Positions 30,126 through 38,464 of a stretch of 64,000 bases of DNA are shown here, in pieces. Position 1 is the first letter of the stretch, and each line of letters begins with the position of its first letter. The stretch is from Pyrinomonadales bacterium. GTDB taxonomy: Bacteria > Acidobacteriota > Blastocatellia > Pyrinomonadales > Pyrinomonadaceae. A program made the translations under genes and the position numbers. The notes beneath the pieces were generated by a model. That model saw nothing but the letters and a program-made list of their open reading frames with translations, was not told where the DNA came from and made no database searches. The DNA is taken from the NCBI GenBank assembly GCA_038232235.1, contig JBBSIE010000002.1, positions 24,572 through 88,571 on the forward strand, in the 5' to 3' direction.

Positions 30126-30983
30126 ATGAACTTCGGATCAGTTCTTACAGCTTATCTTACTTTACATATAGTTCTGATAATTATCGGACAGGTATCGCCG
30201 AACCGTAATTTTACTTTTATTTCTGGGATTCTTTTATTTTTTTGCTTTACAATTTATTACATTGGGCAATTCAATGAGAATGATGCGACTTGGGAAATAT
30301 TGTTCGTGCTTATTATGCTTCGCTTGCTGCTTTTAGGCGGTTATGATTTATACCAAGCAATTACTGAACTAAGTAATTTACCTGATTTAATACTCAACTT
30401 ACTCAGTATTATTTCGGGCTTTTTATATCTTCGCTTAGAAAACTCATTGAGATTACTGCCTTTTCTGATTAGCCTTATTTTCGCGTCGTTGTTTATATTT
30501 TTTAAAGGTTGGGATTATTTAGCTCATTATTATAATTTCGGCACGTTTACAGGTAAAACAAACGCTTATGGATTATCGCAAAAAGTTGAAGGAACTGACC
30601 AACAAAATACTAAAATAACTAATCAACTATTCGAGAATAAAATAGTTTTACTTGATTTTTGGATAAAAACTTGCGGATTGTGTTTCAAAAAATTTCCGCA
30701 AGTCCAAGCTGCTTACGACAAATACAAAAACGATCCATCCGTTGCAATTTATACAATTAATAAATCTGTTAAAGAAAACAAACCGAATCAAGTATTTGAA
30801 ATAATGAAAGAAGAAGGCTTTTCATTTCCCGTTGTGATTCCGACGGATGAAGAATTGCCCGAAAAGTTTGGAGTAAAAGGCTATCCGACAACTTTTGTCA
30901 TCAATCAAACCGGACAAATTGTTTATAAAGGCAACATCGAAGGCGCAGTTAAAATGGTTGACGAGTTGAAGAAAAATGATTAA
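30126..30983 (+). CDS. Polytopic membrane protein with C-terminal TlpA-like thioredoxin domain (CGLC)
   Basis: About 5 hydrophobic helices, then LLDFWIKTCGLCFKKFPQVQ..GFSFPVV..FGVKGYPTTFVINQTGQIVYKG. Confidence 0.75.
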   Translation: MNFGSVLTAYLTLHIVLIIIGQVSPNRNFTFISGILLFFCFTIYYIGQFNENDATWEILFVLIMLRLLLLGGYDLYQAITELSNLPDLILNLLSIISGFLYLRLENSLRLLPFLISLIFASLFIFFKGWDYLAHYYNFGTFTGKTNAYGLSQKVEGTDQQNTKITNQLFENKIVLLDFWIKTCGLCFKKFPQVQAAYDKYKNDPSVAIYTINKSVKENKPNQVFEIMKEEGFSFPVVIPTDEELPEKFGVKGYPTTFVINQTGQIVYKGNIEGAVKMVDELKKND

Positions 30984-31078
30984 GTTGTTATATCGTAACC
31001 TTCGCCCGACAAAATCATCTCCAAAATCTCGCGCTGAGATTTCTCATCGTCCACTACTAATATTGATTTTCGTGCCAT
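30980..31078 (-). pseudogene. 32-codon remnant of a response-regulator 5' end (direct repeat copy B)
   Basis: Translates to MARKSILVVDDEKSQREILEMILSGEGYDITT*, against MARKSILVVDDEKSQREILEMILSGEGYDVTT.. in the full gene at 28874. Confidence 0.85.
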
Positions 31079-31106
31079 ATTCTTATTTCGCCACAGAAAA
31101 AGATTA

Positions 31107-31180
31107 GCCACGAACAAACACGAACAAACACGAATAGAATTTAGTTAAATTTTCGTGAAATTTCGTGTTTGTTCGCGGCT
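31107..31180. repeat. Decamer-repeat hairpin (cgaacaaaca x2)
   Basis: gccacgaacaaacacgaa (31107-31124) pairs with ttcgtgtttgttcgcggc (31162-31179), 17 of 18. It lies immediately 3' of the kinase stop. Confidence 0.85.
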
Positions 31181-32681
31181 AAATTTCTTTTGCTTGCGGC
31201 AACTTCACCGTAAACAATGTTCCTTCATTCAAATTAGACGCGACTTCAATTGAGCCGTTGTGATCTTCGACGATTTTTTGCACAATCGCCAAACCCAAAC
31301 CCGTTCCGGTTTCTTTAGTGGAAAAATACGGCTCGAATATTTTCGACAAATGCTCCTCCGAAATTCCCACGCCTTTGTCGGCGACTTCGATTTTAACAAA
31401 ATTTTCGTCCGGCGAGATTGTCATATTGATATTTCCGCCGTTTTTTTCCATCGCCTGCATCGCGTTGGTCAGCAAATTATTAAATACCGAGCGCAAAACT
31501 GTCGCGTCGCCGAGAATTTGCGGGACGTTTTCGCGCTCAACGAGATTGATTTTTATATTCAATTCTTCGGCTTGCGGTTCGATGATGCGGCGCGAATCTT
31601 TGATGACTTCTCTGATGTCGAGCGGCTGTAAATCCAGTTTTGTCGGGCGCGAATAGCCGAGAAAATCAGTAACCTGCTGATTTATTCTGCCGACTTCGGT
31701 TTTTAATTGCGCGGTTAATTTTTCAAAGGTCGCGTGTTTTTCCGCGTCTTCAGGCGCAAATTTTCGGCGCAGATGGTCGAGCGTTAAGTTAATGTAATTT
31801 AACGGGTTGCGGATTTCGTGCGCGATTGCTGAAGCGAGTCTGCCAACGACCGCGCTTTTTTCCGTTTCCTGTAATTTAGCTTCAAGTTGGCGCGTTTTTT
31901 CCAGTTCAGCGGTCATTTCATTAAATTGATTGGTCAGTTTGCCGATTTCGTCGCTCCGTTTTGCGCCTTCGACGCGAACTCTTAAATCACCGGCGGCAAC
32001 GCGCTGCGCCGCATCGGAAAGATTGGCAATCGGGCGCGTAAAACGCCACACCAAAAAAATTGTGATAATTGTTGAAAGAAGTAATACTAAAAGTGTATAA
32101 ATAAGTGGCTTAGCAGCCTTAGCAGTAGCAGCTTTTTTGTCGGACTCAAGGATAATCATCACATACCAGCGTCCTTTTGAGGTTTGAACCGGAATTGCGT
32201 GGGCTTCGCCGTCGGCTTCGTTATTCAAGTCAGGATTCGCGTTCGGGAAATTTTTGATGTCTGCGCCGAGTTTTTTTTCGTCTTCGACAAGCGGCGGCAA
32301 ATCGGTCAATTCGCTTAACTTATGATATTTTGATGCGCCGTTTTCAGTTGTCGGCAAATAATCCGGTGAATTCAGAATGTCCCAAATTTGCCATTCGTTA
32401 TCAATAATTATGACATCTTTGATGCGCTGTGCGGTTTTTTCGTCATAAAACGGCTGTTTCCCGCCGTCCACCAAATCTTTCAAATATTCTCCCGAAGAAA
32501 CACCGCTAACGCCGAGAACCGTTCCCGCCACCAACGCCTGTTCCTGTATCGAGCGCAGTTCATTGTTTTCCCGCTGCGTTTTGAGATTAAGATAATACTG
32601 CACGCCGAGCGTCGTGACCAGGAGAAACGCTAAAATTATTAAAAGTCTGCCGCGAAATGTGTTGAAGAAATTCTCTCTCAT
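31179..32681 (-). CDS. Sensor histidine kinase (periplasmic loop, HAMP, HisKA, HATPase_c)
   Basis: Two TM segments, HAMP (RPIANLSDAAQRVAAGDLRVRV), H-box SAIAHEIRNPLN, and N/G boxes (NLLTNAMQAM, DKGVGI, GTGLGLAIV). Confidence 0.92.
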   Translation of the reverse strand: MRENFFNTFRGRLLIILAFLLVTTLGVQYYLNLKTQRENNELRSIQEQALVAGTVLGVSGVSSGEYLKDLVDGGKQPFYDEKTAQRIKDVIIIDNEWQIWDILNSPDYLPTTENGASKYHKLSELTDLPPLVEDEKKLGADIKNFPNANPDLNNEADGEAHAIPVQTSKGRWYVMIILESDKKAATAKAAKPLIYTLLVLLLSTIITIFLVWRFTRPIANLSDAAQRVAAGDLRVRVEGAKRSDEIGKLTNQFNEMTAELEKTRQLEAKLQETEKSAVVGRLASAIAHEIRNPLNYINLTLDHLRRKFAPEDAEKHATFEKLTAQLKTEVGRINQQVTDFLGYSRPTKLDLQPLDIREVIKDSRRIIEPQAEELNIKINLVERENVPQILGDATVLRSVFNNLLTNAMQAMEKNGGNINMTISPDENFVKIEVADKGVGISEEHLSKIFEPYFSTKETGTGLGLAIVQKIVEDHNGSIEVASNLNEGTLFTVKLPQAKEI

Positions 32682-32855
32682 TTTTTATTTTACTTTTTCC
32701 GGGAATTTTTCTTGGAGATTTTCCGCTGTCAATGTTATATTCTTATTTAGCTTTTGAAGCAAAGTTTGTGAGCATTTCAATCTTTTTTGATTTTGCGAGC
32801 ATTTCGATTTTCTCAAAAATCACTCTCCAAATTATATAATTCAGAGGTTTTTACG

Positions 32856-34427
32856 ATGTCAGTTTCCGCCGAAAAGTGTCTTATAAAATTCGCTGCCTTG
32901 TTTTTATTCGTTATTGCTTTGCTGTCCGTTAATGTTCCGGCGCAAAAGAAAAAACCAGCTGCCAAATCAAATAATAAATCAAGTCAAACCGTTTCTAAAA
33001 ATAAAGCTGACAAAACCGTTGATAAAAAATCAGCGGCAACTGACAAGAAAACTTCTCAGGCAAAAGGAAAAACGGCGAAAAGCAAAGCCGATTTTCAAAA
33101 GGAAGCGGAAGCCGAACGGCAGGCAAAAATAGAAGAAGCGAAGCAACGCGCCGCGCAGGAAGCGCGTCGGCAAGCGGCTTTGGAAGAACAACGCCGCAGG
33201 CAGCAGGCAATTCGTGAAGCTAGAGAGCGAAAACTCGCTTTTGAACGCGGTCTTCGCATTACAACTGTCGAAAACATCACCAACGACGACACCGAAGGCG
33301 AAGATTTGGAAGTGCGCCGTGCCGCCGTCAACGCTCTCGGAACACGCGCCGGAACGGTTGTCGTGCTTGAACCGCAGACGGGCAAAGTTTTGACGATTGT
33401 TAATCAGGATTGGGCGATTCGCAAAAGTTTCAAACCGTGTTCGACCATCAAACTCGTTACGGCGATTGCCGGAATTAACGAAAATGTCATTGACAAAGAC
33501 GGCAATATTTCAACACGCCGGTTTCCGATGAATCTCGACGACGCGCTTGCCTATTCAAATAACAGCTATTTTCAAAATGTCGGCGCGGGGTTAGGAAACG
33601 ATAAAATGATTTCCTACGCGCAAAAACTCGGTTTAGGACAACCTACGGGCATCAATGCCGAAGGCGAAACAAGCGGAAAACTTCCCTTTGGCAATAATAA
33701 CGCGAGAATTTATTCGCACGGCGACGATTTTGAAGTTACGCCTTTGCAGCTTGCGGTTCTTGTTTCAGCGATTTCCAACGGCGGAAAAGTCATTGTGCCG
33801 AAAATTCCGCGCACAAAAATCGAACAGGCGAATTTTCGCGGTCAAATGCGAAGGACAATCAATCTTCCGCAGGAAAATATTAGAGAAGTCATTCCCGGAA
33901 TGATCGGCGCAGCGACTTATGGCACGGCGCGCCGCGGCGTTGATTCTGCAATGGAAGTTGCGGGGAAAACCGGCTCGTGCATCGCGCAGGGTTCGTGGGT
34001 CGGACTTTTCGCGTCGGTTGCGCCGATTGAAAATCCGAAATTCGCCGTCATCGTCATCACGCGCGGCGAAGGCGAACGCGGAAAATATGCGGCGGCAGTT
34101 GCCGGAAAAGTTTATGCTTCATTACGAAACCGTTTTGACGTAAAAGATAATAAAAATCTCGCCCAAATTCCTCTCGAACTAAAACCGCAATCAAAAGTCA
34201 ACGCTAACGCCTCAGCTCAAATAGATACGGCTGAAGGTGAAGATTCAGACGAAGGCGACACCTTGACGGCGAAAGGCAAAAAAGGCGGCGCGGATAAAAT
34301 TTCAAGCCCGAAATCGGACGTTAAAAAAGCCGAAAAGCCGGAATCTCTGTTTCCGCCCGTAATTGTCGAGGTCAAAAAAAGGTCAACAAATGAAATATCG
34401 CGTCCGCGAATCGTATCTAATAATTGA
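32856..34427 (+). CDS. Penicillin-binding transpeptidase-domain protein with a long Lys/Ala/Glu/Arg-rich N-terminal region
   Basis: Start at M24 (AGAGG RBS); signal anchor; SxxK (CSTIK), SxN (YSNNS), KTG (GKTGS). Low-complexity charged segments at both ends. Confidence 0.75.
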   Translation: MSVSAEKCLIKFAALFLFVIALLSVNVPAQKKKPAAKSNNKSSQTVSKNKADKTVDKKSAATDKKTSQAKGKTAKSKADFQKEAEAERQAKIEEAKQRAAQEARRQAALEEQRRRQQAIREARERKLAFERGLRITTVENITNDDTEGEDLEVRRAAVNALGTRAGTVVVLEPQTGKVLTIVNQDWAIRKSFKPCSTIKLVTAIAGINENVIDKDGNISTRRFPMNLDDALAYSNNSYFQNVGAGLGNDKMISYAQKLGLGQPTGINAEGETSGKLPFGNNNARIYSHGDDFEVTPLQLAVLVSAISNGGKVIVPKIPRTKIEQANFRGQMRRTINLPQENIREVIPGMIGAATYGTARRGVDSAMEVAGKTGSCIAQGSWVGLFASVAPIENPKFAVIVITRGEGERGKYAAAVAGKVYASLRNRFDVKDNKNLAQIPLELKPQSKVNANASAQIDTAEGEDSDEGDTLTAKGKKGGADKISSPKSDVKKAEKPESLFPPVIVEVKKRSTNEISRPRIVSNN

Positions 34428-34553
34428 TTTTTTGCAAACTTCCGTTTTGGAAAAGTCTAAAATAGAACCTCACAAATTCAAAAAACAGAGCATCTTGACG
34501 AATTTCAACAAAAAAGTCCGGCGAACAAAAATTCGCGGCTCGCTATGTAATGT

Positions 34554-34742
34554 TCAACTAAGAAACTTCGCCTTCCTGACCAAAAGCTGCTCTGTTTCGG
34601 TAGCTAACGATTTTTTTAGCGGAAAATTAAAAGAAGTCGAGAAAAAGATTTTTGAGTTTTCAGGCAGTTTCTTAGGTACAGCAAACAAAACTTTGATATG
34701 ATTCCATTGGCTGTCGGTTAAATCGGCTGGATATTTTTTCAC
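34554..34742 (-). pseudogene. Remnant of an IS5/IS4-superfamily (DUF4096-type) transposase N-terminus
   Basis: MKKYPADLTDSQWNHIKVLF matches the conserved YPSDLTDxQWxxIxPL opening of these transposases. The similarity is lost after about 25 aa, and no intact tnp ORF is nearby. Confidence 0.45.
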
Positions 34743-34908
34743 AAAAATAATTTACCAAAACTGATCGCCTGATAATGAAAACTCCTTTATCTTGAGTTTT
34801 CAAGCAGCTTCTAAATGGAAAGCAAATCTCGCAAATTCTACGCTGATTGGTGGAACATTAAAAAAACTACGGTTTACGTTATCATTGCCGGAATTGTGTT
34901 TTTGTGAA

Positions 34909-35005
34909 TTAGATATTAGATGTTAGATTGAAGAGTTATGAGTTAAATTTATCATTTATCAATTCAGTTTGAAATCCGAAAACTGACATCTAAAATCTGA
35001 CATCC
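34909..35005. repeat. Heptamer repeats (ttagat-n x3) with an imperfect inverted partner
   Basis: ttagata ttagatg ttagatt at 34909-34929. gacatctaaaatctgacatc at about 34985-35004 is a near-complement. Confidence 0.7.
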
Positions 35006-35016
35006 ACACATAAAAA

Positions 35017-35991
35017 TTGAGCCATCAACACACACATACACACGAAAGACGCTCGGCACAGAGTTTAACAAAACTAAAATTCGCGCTCGGCTTAACATTT
35101 GTTTATATGCTGGCGGAAGCCGTCGGCGGCTGGCTGGCGAATTCGCTCGCGCTGCTTGCCGATGCCGGACATATGTTGACGGACGTTGCCGCTTTGTGTC
35201 TAACTCTGGCGGCAATTTGGTTTGCGGCGCGTCCGGCAACCGATAAGAAAACATTCGGCTATTATCGCTACGAAATTCTCGCCGCCTTTGTCAACGGAAT
35301 CGCGCTGGTTTTGATTTCTTTATGGGTGATTTACGAAGCGTTTGCGCGTTGGCAAACGCCGCAAAATGTCAAAGGTTTCGAGATGACAGCGGTCGCCGTC
35401 GGCGGTTTAGTCGTCAATATCATCGCTGCTTTTCTACTGCACGGCGGACACGAACACGATTTGAATATGCGCGGCGCATGGCTTCACGTGATGGGCGATT
35501 TGCTCGGTTCAATAGCAGCAATTATCGCCGGCGCGTTGATTCTCGCGTTCGGCTGGACTTGGGCTGATGCCGCCTCCAGCGTTTTGATAAGTTTAATTAT
35601 AATTTTCGGCGCGTGGAATCTTATCAAAGAATCGGTCAATGTTCTGCTCGAAGGCACACCCGCGCATATTAATTTAACGGCGGTTGAACAAACGATTTTG
35701 CAGACGGAAAACGTCGCAAACGTCCACGATCTTCACGTTTGGACGATAACTTCGGGAATGGAAGCCTTGAGCGTTCACATCGTTCATCAGGAAAATGTTT
35801 TGCAAGCCGACCTTTTACAAAAAATCAGAGAAAAACTGCACGACGAATTCGGCATTGACCATTTGACGATTCAGATGGAAACATTCGCCGAAGAAATGAT
35901 AGACGCGCATCAATGTTTTTCGGGCGCAAACTGTTTCGCACCGGCGGAGATTTCTAAAGTCCAAAGTCCAAAGTCCAAAGCCCAAAGTTAA
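35017..35991 (+). CDS. Cation diffusion facilitator (CzcD/ZitB-like) efflux transporter
   Basis: His-rich N-terminus; TM motifs LADAGHMLTD and HVMGDLLGS; C-terminal cytoplasmic domain VHDLHVW. Confidence 0.88.
   Translation: MSHQHTHTHERRSAQSLTKLKFALGLTFVYMLAEAVGGWLANSLALLADAGHMLTDVAALCLTLAAIWFAARPATDKKTFGYYRYEILAAFVNGIALVLISLWVIYEAFARWQTPQNVKGFEMTAVAVGGLVVNIIAAFLLHGGHEHDLNMRGAWLHVMGDLLGSIAAIIAGALILAFGWTWADAASSVLISLIIIFGAWNLIKESVNVLLEGTPAHINLTAVEQTILQTENVANVHDLHVWTITSGMEALSVHIVHQENVLQADLLQKIREKLHDEFGIDHLTIQMETFAEEMIDAHQCFSGANCFAPAEISKVQSPKSKAQS
35954..35988. repeat. (ccaaagt)-family tandem heptamer x5 inside the 3' end of a CDS
   Basis: ctaaagt ccaaagt ccaaagt ccaaagc ccaaagt, then TAA. It encodes the tail ..SKVQSPKSKAQS. 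Confidence 0.9.
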
Positions 35992-36043
35992 GATTGCAAT
36001 TTTGATTAACTTGTCGTCAACCGAATTTTTCCGCATAAAATAA

Positions 36044-37300
36044 ATGTCTGAAATCAAATTAGCTTACGGAAAAACCTTCATCAGCTTTGCCTTTGATGAA
36101 AATAAATTCGGTATTTTAGGTAGAACAGAATCTGAATTTGCGTTGACGGACGCAGAAATCGGCGCGAAACTCGACAGTCCGATTGATTCGCCGAAAATTG
36201 AAGAAATTGTCGGTCAAGGCGAAAGCGTTTTAATCGTCGTGCCGGACGCGACGCGCCAAACGGCAAGCGGTCAAATCGCTAATTTGTTAATTCGCCTCCT
36301 GATTGCAAACGGCACGATGCCTTTTGATATTCGCATAATTTTCGCAACCGGCATTCACCGCAAAGTTACCGAAGCCGAAAAGCAAATTCTGCTCACGCCG
36401 TTTATCAATCAACGCATCAAAACACTCGACCATAATCCGCGCGATTTGGCGCAAATTGTCAATTTCGGCGAAACTTCCGGCGGCATTCCGATTCAGCTTA
36501 ATCGCGCTTTGACCGAACACGATCACGTTATTATTATCGGCGGCATTTCGTTTCATTATTTCGCCGGATTTACAGGCGGCAGAAAGTTGATTTGTCCCGG
36601 ACTCGCTTCGACGCGGACGATTTCCGCGACACATAAATTAGCTTTTGACTGCGAAATAAGATCGCGGCGCGAAGGCGTTGATACGGGAATTCTTGACGGA
36701 AACGCCGTTCACGAAGCGTTTGTGGAAGTCGTTAAAAAAATTCCGCCGTCTTTTTCGATAAATACAGTCGTCAATGAAAACGGCGAAGCGGTAGATTTAT
36801 TTTGCGGCGACTGGATTTCATCGCATAAAAAAGCGTGTGAATTTTACGCTTCGAAGCACACGGTTGAAATTGCCGAAAAACGCGATTATGTAATAGTTTC
36901 CTGCGGCGGATTTCCGCACGATATAAATATGATTCAGGCGCACAAATCTCTTGATATGGCTTCACGCGCCTGTAACGAGGGCGGAACGATTATTCTTCTT
37001 GCCGAATGCGCCGACGGTTTGGGGAGAAACGATTTTTTATCGTGGTTTGAAGCGGAAAATTCAAACGCTTTAGCCGAAAAACTTTGCGAAAGTTATCAGG
37101 TTAACGGTCAAACGGCGTGGAATTTGTTACGCAAAGCCGAAAAATTCCACGTCCGAATCATCACTTCCTTATCTGAAAACGAAACGCGCCTGATGCGCCT
37201 TCAAAAAGCACGTTCCTTGGATGAAATTTTGACGGAAATTGATAAAACCTCAAATGGTTATATTCTGCCTTTCGGCGCGAAATTCTTGGTAAAAAAATAA
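36044..37300 (+). CDS. LarA-like (DUF2088) lactate-racemase-family protein
   Basis: VPDATRQTA, FATGIHR, GGISFHYFAGFTGGRK and the 418-aa length fit the nickel-pincer racemase/epimerase family. Confidence 0.7.
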   Translation: MSEIKLAYGKTFISFAFDENKFGILGRTESEFALTDAEIGAKLDSPIDSPKIEEIVGQGESVLIVVPDATRQTASGQIANLLIRLLIANGTMPFDIRIIFATGIHRKVTEAEKQILLTPFINQRIKTLDHNPRDLAQIVNFGETSGGIPIQLNRALTEHDHVIIIGGISFHYFAGFTGGRKLICPGLASTRTISATHKLAFDCEIRSRREGVDTGILDGNAVHEAFVEVVKKIPPSFSINTVVNENGEAVDLFCGDWISSHKKACEFYASKHTVEIAEKRDYVIVSCGGFPHDINMIQAHKSLDMASRACNEGGTIILLAECADGLGRNDFLSWFEAENSNALAEKLCESYQVNGQTAWNLLRKAEKFHVRIITSLSENETRLMRLQKARSLDEILTEIDKTSNGYILPFGAKFLVKK

Positions 37301-37323
37301 TATCGCTTACCGTTTTCACCACG

Positions 37324-38358
37324 TTATTCGGCTTTTTTGGCGGGCGGAAAAATAAGTGAAAGTATTATCGAAAGCAAGATTGTGCCAACGACGATTCCAA
37401 GCGAAATATTGATGACGATTTGCTCAAAGTCGTGATGCACGTATTTTTGCAGAAACACGCTGACAGCCGAATCGCTTTCGCCCGTCGCCATCAGCAAACC
37501 TTCCGCAATCAGCGGCAAAAGCATTTTGAAGCCGATAAAACTCAAAACAAAAGCCAGTCCGTATTTGAGAAAATGAAATTTGTCCGCCATTTCGACCAAC
37601 AGAAAAAAGAACGTCCGCAAACCCAAAATTGCGAATATATTTGAAGTGTAAACGATAAATCTGTCGGTCGTAATTCCGAAAATCGCCGGTATCGAATCAA
37701 CGGCGAAAACCAAATCGGCGACATTTATCACGACTAAAACAAGCAGAAGCATCGTTCCGAGACGCTTTCCGTCTTTGACGACCAAAAACTTTTCGCCCTC
37801 GAAGGTTTTCGTGATCGGAATAAATCGCGTCGTCAGCCGAACTATCAGGCTTTCTTCAGGATTAAAATCTTCGTCGTCGCTGAACATTTTAATTCCCGTA
37901 TAAACAAGAAACGCGCCGAAGAAATAAAGAATCCAGTGGAATCTTTCGACCATCTCCGCGCCCGCAAAAATCATTATCATTCGCAGCACGAGTGCCATAA
38001 AAATTCCCCAAAACAGTGCGCGATGCTGATATTTTTTGGGAACTTTGAAGTAATTGAAAATCAGCAGAAAGACAAATAAATTATCAATCGAAAGTGAAAG
38101 TTCGATCAAATATCCGGTGAAAAATTCTTTAGCTTTGTGCGAAGCCAAAGCCCAATCCTGATTGTGTGTGCCGACGTGCCAGTAAATAAAACCGTTAAAA
38201 GCGAGCGCGAGCGAAATCCAAACGATGCTCCAGCCGATTGTTTCCCGGCGCGTCGGCGTATGCGCGTGCCGGTTGACGATGCCGATGTCAACAAACAGCG
38301 CGATCAGAACGACGGCAAAGAAAAAAATCCAAACCCACATCGGGTAATCAATATTCAT
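37324..38358 (-). CDS. TerC-family integral membrane protein
   Basis: SLSIDNLFVFLLIF and AVDSIPAIFGIT repeats; about 9 TM segments. Confidence 0.85.
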   Translation of the reverse strand: MNIDYPMWVWIFFFAVVLIALFVDIGIVNRHAHTPTRRETIGWSIVWISLALAFNGFIYWHVGTHNQDWALASHKAKEFFTGYLIELSLSIDNLFVFLLIFNYFKVPKKYQHRALFWGIFMALVLRMIMIFAGAEMVERFHWILYFFGAFLVYTGIKMFSDDEDFNPEESLIVRLTTRFIPITKTFEGEKFLVVKDGKRLGTMLLLVLVVINVADLVFAVDSIPAIFGITTDRFIVYTSNIFAILGLRTFFFLLVEMADKFHFLKYGLAFVLSFIGFKMLLPLIAEGLLMATGESDSAVSVFLQKYVHHDFEQIVINISLGIVVGTILLSIILSLIFPPAKKAE

Positions 38359-38390
38359 ACTAAATTAAAATATAGGGTTTGAGGCTCAAA

Positions 38391-38458
38391 AGTCCAAAGT
38401 CCAAAGTCCAAAGTTCAAAATTGGTTTGTCTTAAACATTGGACTTTGGACTTTGGACT
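38391..38458. repeat. Heptamer-repeat hairpin (agtccaa x3), perfect 21-bp stem
   Basis: 38391-38411 agtccaaagtccaaagtccaa is the exact reverse complement of 38438-38458, with a 26-nt loop. It lies between the FHA-gene stop (38465) and the TerC-gene start (38358). Confidence 0.95.
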
Positions 38459-38464
38459 CGCAAT

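Noticed and set aside
35027-35045. (ca)n-like microsatellite at the CDF gene start.
   Set aside because: It simply encodes the His/Thr-rich N-terminus (HQHTHTHE) common in metal transporters. The run is short and in frame.
38359-38464. TerC-family leader as a yybP-ykoY (Mn) riboswitch.
   Set aside because: The leader is almost entirely the agtccaa-repeat hairpin. I see none of the conserved yybP-ykoY core sequence.
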